DNA of 23,690 nucleotides from Nanobdellota archaeon (GTDB taxonomy: Archaea; Nanobdellota; Nanobdellia; Pacearchaeales; GW2011-AR1): positions 1 to 23,690 of the forward strand of contig JAHIHG010000066.1 of assembly GCA_018898425.1 (NCBI GenBank). Reading direction: 5' to 3'. How positions within the stretch are numbered: position 1 is the first letter of the stretch; every line of letters begins with the position of its first letter. This document shows positions 9,201 to 16,593 of this stretch, one piece after another. Made by a program: the position numbers and the translations under genes. The notes under the pieces were generated by a model, which did not search any database, had not been told where the DNA came from, and was given only the letters and a program-made list of their open reading frames with translations.

Positions 9201-11286
9201 TTTCTTCATTAACTCTTTTAAAAGATTTTTCCTTATTTTTATAAAAATAATATTTTTTCCTGCATTTTCCCCCACAATCTTCGCAACAAGGATAAATAGT
9301 TTCTTTCTTGCATTTTTCACAATAATAAAGAGGAAACAAGCTTCTTACTTTCCCCTCTTCACATGCAGCCTGCACACTCCTCAATCTTCCTCCTTCTTTT
9401 CCAATAGGAAATAAAACATTCGGGCTTCCTGCTAATTTTCTTAATTTTGCTTTTTCAGGCCTACCCATTCTTGTTCCAATAAAATCTCCTGCTTTGTCTT
9501 TTATTTCAAATTCTGAAAAAGAATTTATGATTTCTAAAATATCTTTATTTAAATCAAATGTTTCTTTGATAACAGAATTTTTAAGAGAAAAATCTGTATT
9601 ATTTAACAAATTTAAATTCAATCCAAGATTAGCCAACAAAGATTTACTATTTTCTTTATTTAAAACAACATTTTCAATACTAACCTGATGTTCAATACCT
9701 AATAACTCCAAAGCTCTTTTACCTAATTTAAATTTTTCTTGTTCTAGTTTGTTAAAAGGAAAAATTATCCTCCTGTCTCTTATTACAGAGTGATGTAACC
9801 AATCAATAAAATTTAAAAATTGCTCTTTAGAAATTTCAGTCCAGTAAAAAATAAAATTTGGATGCAAAGGAATTTTAAATTTCTGACTTAATTCAACTGC
9901 TTTTTCAAAATCAACATTAAAATAATCTATTTCATTTTCTATTTCCTTAGATTTTGTTCTTAAATTAAGAGCCCACCATTCCTCAACATAACCTGGTTTA
10001 ATCAAAGTTGCATTTCTATTTGCCAAATCGCTAAAAGGAAACAAAATATCCCCTAAATAAATAATTTCTTCAATATCTGGATAAATTTGTTTAGCTTCTT
10101 CTTTTGTTTTTATTTTTTTTACACTTCCGCTAATTAATTTCACAATAGGTCCTTCAATAGAATCGCAAGAAGTAGTTACACACCCTTTAGTTGGTTTTTC
10201 TATTTTTAATTGAGTTCCTATTGCAATAAATCCATCGGTAATAGCCATTGTAGCAGGATGAATAGAGGCAGCACTAAAACCTGACACCCTACTCCTACCA
10301 TACCTAAATCTAAAGCCTCCTGAACAAGAAGGATGCCCAAAAACAGGCCTTCCAGCAACTAAATCCTTTATATAAGTTGGAGAAGCATCTGCTTTTCCTT
10401 TTTCTCTTTTTTCATGTAATTTAATATAATCTTCTAAAAAATCAAAACCTGTTGTTTTAATTCCATTTTTTTTAACACCTGCCAATAGTCTAAATCCTTT
10501 AGCAGCTTTTTGAGCTAATCCTTCTGCTAAAATCAAACAAAAACCACTTCTAAGAAAATTAGTATTAACTCTCTCAAGATTTTTATAATTAGAAACCTCT
10601 AGTTTTTCAGAAGCATCTCCTGCAACCTGGATAGGAATATGCCTTGCTAAAAAAAGTGTTTCCTCTTCTGTAGGCATATATTGCAAATTTGTAATTCTAT
10701 CATGAAAATCCCGTAATTCTGCATAAGTTCTTTTTATCTCTTCTTCAGTTGCATCATATTTTGCATAACCAAACAATTCCCTTAGATAATCTATGAGCAT
10801 TAGCACAACACAAGAAGCAGTAGTTCCAGCACTTCTAATTGGTCCTGAAAAACAAGCAATAAAATAGTCTTTTCCTTCTCTTGTTTTACCTAATTTTAAT
10901 TCAGTAAAGCCTTCAATTGGAGAAGAAACAACTCCTAAAGTAACATATGCAAAACCAATTCTTATTCCTGCATCAATTGCCTGCAATAAAGTTTCAAACC
11001 CGCAAAATTTTTGTTTAGCCACCTCTTCTGCAATCTTAAAAGCCACAGTTGTATCTAATTTCCCATATTCTTTTTCTAATTCAAGAATTCTTTTTGCAAT
11101 TCCAGAATTCATCATTTGAGGATAAATAGTTGAAATCAATCCCACAACTTTTTCAGCCATAGACATTGCCAAAGGAATTTCAACCTTATCAACAGGATCT
11201 AGTCCCTTGCTTCTTGCCTCTTCAGCAAGCTCATAGACATTTCTAACTTCTTTTTCAATATTTTTAAAATATAATTCTGTGTTCAT
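6289..11286 (-). CDS. polC: DNA polymerase II (PolD) large subunit DP2, interrupted by an intein
   Basis: 1665-aa ORF.
- Active-site region: PYMHAAIRRD[intein]CDGDEAAIMLLGDVLLNFS, compared with remembered HAAKRRNCDGDED...LLNFS.
- Internal Zn finger: CEKC...CCEDCGGKC.
- C-terminal Zn finger: CVACN...CPKCNGK.
- The host protein without the intein is 1155 aa. Confidence 0.93.
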   Translation of the reverse strand: MNTELYFKNIEKEVRNVYELAEEARSKGLDPVDKVEIPLAMSMAEKVVGLISTIYPQMMNSGIAKRILELEKEYGKLDTTVAFKIAEEVAKQKFCGFETLLQAIDAGIRIGFAYVTLGVVSSPIEGFTELKLGKTREGKDYFIACFSGPIRSAGTTASCVVLMLIDYLRELFGYAKYDATEEEIKRTYAELRDFHDRITNLQYMPTEEETLFLARHIPIQVAGDASEKLEVSNYKNLERVNTNFLRSGFCLILAEGLAQKAAKGFRLLAGVKKNGIKTTGFDFLEDYIKLHEKREKGKADASPTYIKDLVAGRPVFGHPSCSGGFRFRYGRSRVSGFSAASIHPATMAITDGFIAIGTQLKIEKPTKGCVTTSCDSIEGPIVKLISGSVKKIKTKEEAKQIYPDIEEIIYLGDILFPFSDLANRNATLIKPGYVEEWWALNLRTKSKEIENEIDYFNVDFEKAVELSQKFKIPLHPNFIFYWTEISKEQFLNFIDWLHHSVIRDRRIIFPFNKLEQEKFKLGKRALELLGIEHQVSIENVVLNKENSKSLLANLGLNLNLLNNTDFSLKNSVIKETFDLNKDILEIINSFSEFEIKDKAGDFIGTRMGRPEKAKLRKLAGSPNVLFPIGKEGGRLRSVQAACEEGKVRSLFPLYYCEKCKKETIYPCCEDCGGKCRKKYYFYKNKEKSFKRVNEEKEEGTQYCVQDLDIMHYFDKAIQKLNIIKSESPLLIKGIRTTSSTNHALENLSKGVLRAKHNLQVNKDGTIRFDATELPLVCFKPKEIFTSVKKLKELGYDKDIHGKELVNEEQILELMPHDVLIPNFSQTIDEKGEDVFMNICNFVDDLLVNFYKLKSFYNVKKREDLVGQLGVCMAPHNCAGVICRFIGFSNTLGLFASPYMHAAIRRDCVYPMTNFIYSDNGEVKNEAIGNYVENLIEKGHKTRKIDSYGTIRVDLDKELYAFGVDPVSKKLKKKKIKYFIKGAPPEKWVKIKTSSGREQVMTPRHKFIYLDKKNNFQVKKAGEIKKGDRIALINKFDVKSNLIEEVFLPKLLSENLPEKELFKVRVVDAKEFFKKLVKKVGISKFIKLFNINNDFNNLSDWYKLVPLNHVLKFIDHGLMKWQDIPKTAKIRTIFNNKKWDLMFKVGEDLMNVLGYYSAEGHSRQTKTVSQICFRIIDKEQRRKLESSIKGAFGLIPSFGEDKTKITICNKLVYYLFKYCFDAGGGAYEKRVPNIIFNVSEKKVRAYLSCYFDGDGTIVYGKRKFICFYSVSRKLLDGISLLGCKFGLFGRFSKTNERLPGKKVLERYKELNKEPKKHILQHLVYSGEDFYGIVKILNPANKRKLALIKNVEFKNCRKRKIKYNHKFFSLEKENDIFVDIIKEVVFFKEKIPSYCFEVEWESEEDKNVLWGEQIINARCDGDEAAIMLLGDVLLNFSREFLPSHRGGTQDAPLVLNAKIDAGEVDDQILDFEFVYEYPLELYELAEKKEHSSKLKIHNVKEILRKGENPFIGAGFTHDTTDFNNGVPCSSYKLLATMQEKVQHQMELVERIRAADTTATATLVIERHFIRDLRGNLRKFSMQEFRCVACNEIIRRPPLKGTCPKCNGKLIFTIHEGGIKKYLEPALDLAKKYDLSPYVQQNLELVKRYIESIFGKELEKQKPLSEFF
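7039..8568 (-). mobile_element. 510-aa intein with a LAGLIDADG homing-endonuclease domain, inside PolD DP2
   Basis: - Cys1 (tgt, plus-strand aca at 8566-8568) begins CVYPMTNF.
- Block B TxxH: MTPRHKF.
- LAGLIDADG motifs: LMNVLGYYSAEGHS and RAYLSCYFDGDGTI.
- Block F/G: SYCFEVEW...NVLWGEQIINAR, followed by Cys+1 (7036-7038).
- The C-terminal blocks align with the remembered P. abyssi PolII intein end (NVIINENIVTHQ|C). Confidence 0.85.
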
Positions 11287-11296
11287 TTTTCTATTT

Positions 11297-11863
11297 TCAT
11301 CCTAATAACAACATTGCTGCCTCATATTTTAGTTTAATTAACTTTCTTGATTCTTCTAATTCAATTTGATTCCATTTATTTTGCAATTTATTTTTGATCG
11401 AATTTCTTGCTTCTTCTAAAGATTTCTTCTCATACACAAGAGTTGTAAGAAATTGTTTTGAGATGTTATTAAAAGCATCTAAACTATCTGCTTCTGCGAT
11501 TATCTTGGCCTCAATAAATTCTCTTTGATTATTTTCTTCTTGTGAACCCCTATGATTTAAAATACAAATTTTAATTTTTTCAATTTTTTCCTGTGGATAA
11601 TTTAATTCATTTAATTTTTCTTCAGCTATTTTTGCTCCAGTTATATGGTGGTTTTCTCTTCCAGAAATAATAGAGCCAATGTCATGAAGCCATGCAGCAA
11701 TTTCAACTAATTCAATATCAGCATTTAATTCTTCAGCCAATTTTTTTGCAATACTATGCATTGAAATAAAATGATATTTATATGCCTCAGGATAATTAGC
11801 ATTAGGCTTTTTACACTCTTCTTCTACAAATTTTCTAACCATTTCCACAATATTTTTTTCCAT
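11297..11863 (-). CDS. HD-domain metal-dependent phosphohydrolase
   Basis: 188 aa. Contains H...AAWLHDIGS (HD motif) and a later NHRG histidine. Its start overlaps the DP1 stop (TAATG). It sits between the two PolD subunit genes and ends in TGA. Confidence 0.75.
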   Translation of the reverse strand: MEKNIVEMVRKFVEEECKKPNANYPEAYKYHFISMHSIAKKLAEELNADIELVEIAAWLHDIGSIISGRENHHITGAKIAEEKLNELNYPQEKIEKIKICILNHRGSQEENNQREFIEAKIIAEADSLDAFNNISKQFLTTLVYEKKSLEEARNSIKNKLQNKWNQIELEESRKLIKLKYEAAMLLLG

Positions 11864-12483
11864 TATTCAAAATCCAAAATTTTTATTTCTCTTGTTTTTA
11901 AATTAAACATAGGCACCTTGCAATGGTCTGGTGTATTTCCAAATTTTTCCTGATAAGGAGTCATAGCTTCCCAACAAGAAGTTGAAATAACTAAAATATT
12001 ATTATAATACGCAACAGCGCTTTTGTGCGTATGAGCTGCAACAAAAATATCTGGAATGTCTTTTATTATCAAGGGATCTTTTTCAAGAGGAAAATACTGG
12101 ATAGATTTATGTGTTGGAGCTAAATGTCTATTTTTTAAAAGATATTTCATAATTTCCTCTGGGCAATTCATAGCTTTTTTTAAAATTAATTTAGAAACAT
12201 TATTTGCATAATAAGGAAAAGAAAACCCATGATAAGTCAAAATATCAAAACCTGAAAACCCCTCAATTGCTCCAATATTAACTTTGCAAGGATTAGTTGT
12301 TAAAATAACATTTTTCATATCATATAATGGCCAGGCATATTTTTCATCAAAAAGTGGTTGAGGCTCAATTAATCTAACACAATCATGATTTCCAGGAGAA
12401 ATTATTATAATAATATCTTCTCTTATTTGTTTTAATAACTCAACAAGCCCTAAAAATTGCTCTTCAAGGTCTTTTATTTCCAA
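11863..12483 (-). CDS. polB: PolD small subunit DP1, C-terminal fragment (calcineurin/Mre11-like phosphoesterase motifs III-V)
   Basis: Contains IIISPGNHD (the GNHD motif), TYHGF and AAHTHKS. DP1-like sequence continues in frame upstream to 12528 (DIITGIGNYPNQEKD), directly after the TGA at 12529-12531. The TTG start in the ORF track is probably not a real start. Confidence 0.8.
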   Translation of the reverse strand: MEIKDLEEQFLGLVELLKQIREDIIIIISPGNHDCVRLIEPQPLFDEKYAWPLYDMKNVILTTNPCKVNIGAIEGFSGFDILTYHGFSFPYYANNVSKLILKKAMNCPEEIMKYLLKNRHLAPTHKSIQYFPLEKDPLIIKDIPDIFVAAHTHKSAVAYYNNILVISTSCWEAMTPYQEKFGNTPDHCKVPMFNLKTREIKILDFE

Positions 12484-12528
12484 ATCTTTCTCTTGATTTG
12501 GATAATTTCCAATGCCTGTAATAATGTC

Positions 12529-13539
12529 TCAAACAATAAATAAATATTTTATTTTTTTTACTTCAGGGGTATTTGGAACCTTTCCATTTAAATAATCAAT
12601 AAATTTCAAAAAATTCTCCCTTAAAAATAACTTACTTCCAAAATGCAAATCCCCTATAAAAAGAATAGATTCATCAACCAAAGATTTTTTTCTTTCTAAA
12701 ATCATTGCTTCAGGAAAAATAACATCATTTACAAAAACAATCTCTTTATTACCAGAGCAATTAATACCAATAACAGAATCTAAAGTTATCTCTTCAGCTT
12801 TTTCATAAAGTTCTTTTTTAGAACTATTCACTAAAACTTTTATTTTTCCTGTTAAATCTTCTAATTCAAACAAAATGTTTTTATTTTTAGTTATTTTTTT
12901 ATCAGAAACAATGCCAATTATAGAAATGTTTTGCCTATTTTCTGAAATTTTATTAATTGAAACTAAATTTTTTAAACAAGAGTTTTCCTGTAAAATATTT
13001 TTTAATTCAACAAACCTATTTTTAAAATAACTAACAAAATTTTTTACTTCTAATTTTTTTCCAACAAAAGGTGTTGCAGACATAATTTTAACACTTTCAA
13101 AAGAATTTTGTTTTTTCCCAATATCAAAATTCATCGTTTTTTGGGTTTTTTTAATCTCTTTATCAATAGTGTCATTTATAGAATTGTTTATAGAATTGTT
13201 TATAGAATTATCTGTAACCTCTCCCTTACCAAAATCTTCTACAAATTTATTCACAATTTCTTTTTCTTTTATTATTTCTATGCTTAAACCAAGTTTAATT
13301 TTTAATTTATCTATTGTTTTCTTATTTTTATTAGGAATATTTAAAAAAATTTGTTCAACTTTCTCCTTGTTTTTATTTAAAATTTTTTTAGTTATGATTC
13401 TCTGGCTTGTTTGTTTTGTTATTTGTTCTATAAAAATCTTAATAGACTCTATGTCTTCAAACTCATTAAATAACTTTAAAAGATCATTATCTAATAAAAA
13501 TCCTTTATGTGAGCAAAAACTAAGTATTTCTTTATTCAT
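12529..13539 (-). CDS. polB: PolD small subunit DP1, N-terminal fragment (N-terminal domain, OB-fold region, phosphoesterase motif I), ending at an in-frame TGA
   Basis: - ILFIGDLHFGS is motif I (DxH).
- KYLFIV is followed by TGA exactly where the Gly of motif II (GDxxDG) is expected.
- The two fragments plus the linker give a collinear DP1 of about 558 aa.
- The start lies 5 nt downstream of the cdc6 stop. Confidence 0.85.
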   Translation of the reverse strand: MNKEILSFCSHKGFLLDNDLLKLFNEFEDIESIKIFIEQITKQTSQRIITKKILNKNKEKVEQIFLNIPNKNKKTIDKLKIKLGLSIEIIKEKEIVNKFVEDFGKGEVTDNSINNSINNSINDTIDKEIKKTQKTMNFDIGKKQNSFESVKIMSATPFVGKKLEVKNFVSYFKNRFVELKNILQENSCLKNLVSINKISENRQNISIIGIVSDKKITKNKNILFELEDLTGKIKVLVNSSKKELYEKAEEITLDSVIGINCSGNKEIVFVNDVIFPEAMILERKKSLVDESILFIGDLHFGSKLFLRENFLKFIDYLNGKVPNTPEVKKIKYLFIV

Positions 13540-13544
13540 TTTAT

Positions 13545-14756
13545 TTAGGTATAATTTAAAGAATCTTCAATTATTTTTTTTGCCTGTTCAATTATACCTT
13601 TAGTGATTGCTAATTTTATCTCCCTCATTCTTCCACCTCTTCCTTTTGAAATAACTTTTACATTAATTATTCCAAGCATATCAAACTCTTGAATAATATC
13701 ACTTATTCTTCTTTGTGTTAAAATTTCTGATTTATTTTTAAGACATAATTCTTGATAATTATTATAAACATCTCCTGTAAAAATAGGCTCATTTTTTTGA
13801 TTTTCATTTAATTTTATTATAGAATGTAAAACAAGTTGAAATTGTTTAGGCTCTGATTTAATAATATCTAAAATTTTATCTCTTTCTAATTTACTATTAG
13901 CCTCATCTATATGCCTTACATAAATTTTTTTAGAAGAATCTCTTTCAGCTAATTCTCCTGCAACCCTTAGTAAATCCAGGGCTCTTCTTGCATCACCATG
14001 CTCCCTTGCAGCAAAAGCAGCACATTTAGCAATAACCCCTTCTTGAACAACATTTTCCTTAAAAACCTCATCAGACCTTTTTTTTAAAATTTCCTGTAAT
14101 TGTAAGGCATTATAAGGTGGAAAAACTATTTCTTCTTCTGAAAGTGAGCTTCTAACTCTTGGATCAATATTTTCTAAAAAAGTTAAATCATTACTTATTC
14201 CAACAATACAAATCTGAGTTTTAGAAAGTTCAGAATTTAATCTAGTTAAATTATATAAAAAATCATTAGAAATTTTCTTAACAGTCTGGTCTATTTCATC
14301 AAAAATTAAAACAATTAACTGCTTTTCAGAATCTATAATTTCAATAAATTTGCTATAAACTGCTTGAGTAGGCAAACCAGTAGAAGGAACCTCTCCACCT
14401 AATTTTTTAATAAGTTCTGCTAAAATCCTATATTCAGTATCAGAAATTTTTTTTAATTTACAGTTTAAATATTTTATTTTTAATTTAAAATCATTATTTT
14501 CATTAACCCTTTTTAATAATTTATCCCTAACATATTTTATTGAAAGTGTTTTACCAGTACCTGTTTTTCCATAAAGAAACAAATTACTAGATTTTTCACC
14601 TCTTAACACAGGAGCAAGTATTGAAGCAATTTGTTTAATTTGTTCACTTCTATGAGGAATATCCTCTGGTTGATAATTATTTTGTAAAAGAGATTTATTT
14701 TTAAAAATCAAATTTTTATCAAAAGATTCAAATATATTGTCTAATTCTGTTCCCAT
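13545..14756 (-). CDS. cdc6: Orc1/Cdc6 replication initiator (AAA+ with C-terminal winged helix)
   Basis: - Walker A: LYGKTGTGKT.
- Walker B: LIVLIFDEID.
- Sensor and winged-helix region: GDARRALDLLR, and ...RGGRMREIKL at the C-terminus.
- It lies immediately next to the ORB-containing intergenic region. Confidence 0.93.
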   Translation of the reverse strand: MGTELDNIFESFDKNLIFKNKSLLQNNYQPEDIPHRSEQIKQIASILAPVLRGEKSSNLFLYGKTGTGKTLSIKYVRDKLLKRVNENNDFKLKIKYLNCKLKKISDTEYRILAELIKKLGGEVPSTGLPTQAVYSKFIEIIDSEKQLIVLIFDEIDQTVKKISNDFLYNLTRLNSELSKTQICIVGISNDLTFLENIDPRVRSSLSEEEIVFPPYNALQLQEILKKRSDEVFKENVVQEGVIAKCAAFAAREHGDARRALDLLRVAGELAERDSSKKIYVRHIDEANSKLERDKILDIIKSEPKQFQLVLHSIIKLNENQKNEPIFTGDVYNNYQELCLKNKSEILTQRRISDIIQEFDMLGIINVKVISKGRGGRMREIKLAITKGIIEQAKKIIEDSLNYT

Positions 14757-14801
14757 TTTTAATTTAAATAAAATAAATTAAAAAATTTATACAATAAGAA
14801 T

Positions 14802-14827
14802 ACACACACAGTGATTTCCTATGGAAA
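14802..14827 (+). repeat. ORB-like box 1
   Basis: acacacacagtgATTTCCTATGGAAa. Confidence 0.65.
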
Positions 14828-14901
14828 ATCTTTTAAATTTAAATCATTCGTCAATAAAAAATTAAGTTATTATATAAAGTCTTATAACTACTAAAAAAGA
14901 A

Positions 14902-14924
14902 AAACACCTAAATTTCCTATGGAA
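14902..14924 (+). repeat. ORB-like box 2
   Basis: aaacacctaaATTTCCTATGGAA. Confidence 0.6.
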
Positions 14925-15000
14925 TATGTTTTTTTATTTTTAAAATTCCTAATCCCTTAATACTTACTTTATTATCTTCTTTTGATTTTATACTCTTTTT

Positions 15001-15125
15001 TCTTTTTTATTATTATTATTATAATTATTATATACTATATTTTTTTATAATAATAATAATAATAATAATAAACTATATACTATATAATATATATAAATAT
15101 AAATTAAATATAAATTAAAAATTTC
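15001..15125. repeat. A/T-only duplex-unwinding-element candidate with inverted trinucleotide tracts
   Basis: (tta)n at about 15007-15030 and the complementary (taa)n at about 15046-15072, followed by tatata-type low complexity. Almost no G/C across the segment. Confidence 0.6.
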
Positions 15126-15145
15126 AAAAAATCCTTTTTAAATAC

Positions 15146-15174
15146 TTCCATACGAAATCAAAGGGTGAGTGTGT
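15146..15174 (-). repeat. ORB-like box 3 (inverted)
   Basis: The plus strand reads ttccatacgaaatcaaagggtgagtgtgt. The reverse complement is acacactcaccctttgATTTCGTATGGAA, facing boxes 1 and 2 across the A/T element. Confidence 0.6.
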
Positions 15175-15369
15175 TTTATTATTATATCTCTTTTTTATAA
15201 TTATTCTTCTTATTCTTATAATTATTAACATAATCAACGCATATTCTTTTTTTATAAGAATAATAAAGTAAAATTATTAAGAAATCTAAAATAACCTTTT
15301 GTAATATATACTTTTAAATCCATTTATTTTTACAGAAAAGTTTATAAAGAATTTACCTCTAAAATTAAT

Positions 15370-15630
15370 ATGCAAGATAATAAAAAATTATTTAGTTCAA
15401 TTACTGGAAAAATGATTGTAACTAAAGAAGGTAAAAGATTAGGATTTGTTAGAGATATTACTTTTGAAACTAAATCAGGTGAACTTATTAATATAATAGT
15501 AAAAGATTCAACTCCTTATACAAAAAATCTTAATTTAGAAAAAACAAACTCACATGAACTTTTAATACCTTATAGTGCAATAATTGCTATAGGGGATTTT
15601 ATAATAGTTTCAGAAGAAGATTTAATATAG
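15370..15630 (+). CDS. PRC-barrel domain protein
   Basis: 86 aa. The pattern G..V.T.EG..LG.V.DI.FE..SGELI...V ... IPYS.I.AIGD.IIV is typical of small archaeal PRC-barrel proteins. A TATA-like tttataaa lies about 32 nt upstream. Confidence 0.65.
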   Translation: MQDNKKLFSSITGKMIVTKEGKRLGFVRDITFETKSGELINIIVKDSTPYTKNLNLEKTNSHELLIPYSAIIAIGDFIIVSEEDLI

Positions 15631-15646
15631 GTTTTTAATAATTAAA

Positions 15647-16072
15647 ATGAAAATTATAGGATTTAATTTTAACAAAATAAGTGCAGAAAAGACATCTAAT
15701 CAAATAAAAGAGTTAAAAATAACAACAAATATAGATATTTCTGAAATAAAAGAAATTGAATCTGATTTTTTAAAAACAAAAGAAGAGTTAATAGAAATAA
15801 ACTTCAAATACGATGTTGTTTATAATACAGATATAGCAAAAATAGAATTTAAAGGGAATTTAATAATCTCTTTAGAATCAAAATTAAAAAAAGACATATT
15901 AAAACAGTGGAAAGATAAAACATTATCTGATGAATTAAAACTACCTTTATTCAATGTTATTTTAAGAAAATCTAATTTAAGAGCTTTACAATTAGAAGAT
16001 GAGATGAATTTACCTTTGCATATATCTTTACCTATGTTAAGAAAAGAAGATAAAAAAGAGAAAAAAGAATAA
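15647..16072 (+). CDS. hypothetical protein (141 aa, acidic/lysine-rich tail)
   Basis: Clean ORF 16 nt after the PRC-barrel gene. I cannot name a family with confidence; a faint SecB-like C-terminal pattern is not enough to call. Confidence 0.45.
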   Translation: MKIIGFNFNKISAEKTSNQIKELKITTNIDISEIKEIESDFLKTKEELIEINFKYDVVYNTDIAKIEFKGNLIISLESKLKKDILKQWKDKTLSDELKLPLFNVILRKSNLRALQLEDEMNLPLHISLPMLRKEDKKEKKE

Positions 16073-16116
16073 TTCTTTAAAGAAAACTATTAAAACAACA
16101 AATTAGTCTTTTATTC

Positions 16117-16389
16117 ATGAAAATATCTGACAAAAAGAGAGAAAAGATTTCTGAACAAATAATTGATTTACTTTATTCTATTAATCCTAAATCTCTTTTT
16201 ACTCTTCATATAGCCCAGGAAATAGCTAGAGATGAGGAATTTATTAAGAAATTACTATTAAATTTAAAAAATAAAGGCATTATAACTGAAATTAAAAAAA
16301 ATCCTCAAGGAATATTATATAAAAAAAGATCTAGATGGACCTTAAGTGATGCTGCCTATAAATTATATAAATTTAAACAAACCTCTTAA
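16117..16389 (+). CDS. small winged-helix DNA-binding protein
   Basis: 90 aa. The pattern ...FTLHIAQEIARDEEFIKKLLLNLKNKGIITEIKK...RWTLSD fits helix-turn-helix plus wing. Confidence 0.5.
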   Translation: MKISDKKREKISEQIIDLLYSINPKSLFTLHIAQEIARDEEFIKKLLLNLKNKGIITEIKKNPQGILYKKRSRWTLSDAAYKLYKFKQTS

Positions 16390-16593
16390 ATTAACTTTTT
16401 TATTGCTTTTTAGAGTTAAATCTTTCACAGAAATTTATTATTAAATTAAATAGGATAAATAATTAAAGAAATTTATTCAAGGCATCAAAAATACTCTTTT
16501 TGAATTAATTAGGCTTCTTATTTAAAATTAGAATAGTTTTTGAATATAATCAATTATATTAATCTTTTTATATCAATGATTCTTGCATCTTAA

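Larger units (their letters stand above)
14757..15369. other. predicted chromosomal replication origin (oriC) with ORB boxes and an A/T unwinding element
   Basis: 613-nt noncoding region directly upstream of cdc6. It holds two direct and one inverted copy of GATTTCnTATGGAA with ACAC-rich extensions. These flank about 115 nt of almost pure A/T containing complementary (TTA)n and (TAA)n tracts. Confidence 0.7.

Noticed and set aside
6476-9688. Antisense ORFs inside polC (6476..6664, 8045..8242, 8239..8427, 9184..9414, 9494..9688)
   Set aside because: They are Phe/Leu/Ser/Ile-rich translations of the antisense strand of an AT-rich, Lys/Glu/Asn-rich gene. None shows domain features, and all are fully embedded in a strongly supported CDS.
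12529-12531. Genome-wide UGA-to-Gly reassignment (genetic code 25-like) as the explanation for the in-frame TGA in DP1
   Set aside because: - TGA appears to work as a normal stop elsewhere in the window. It ends rpl18e at 23181 and the NTPase at 19932 with ATGA stop/start overlaps, and it ends the HD protein at 11297, the DRG GTPase at 2252 and the small ORF at 232.
- No other long conserved gene contains an in-frame TGA, including the 1665-codon DP2.
- A local event (mutation, error or readthrough) is more likely.
13177-13209. 12-nt tandem repeat (tatagaattgtt x2.75) in DP1, encoding NSINNSINNSIN
   Set aside because: It is an in-frame low-complexity linker between DP1 domains in an Asn-rich proteome. 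It is probably a harmless slippage product and shows no further signal.
15001-15125. The A/T microsatellite block as a mobile-element scar or assembly artefact
   Set aside because: Its position between inverted ORB boxes next to cdc6 is exactly where an origin unwinding element is expected.
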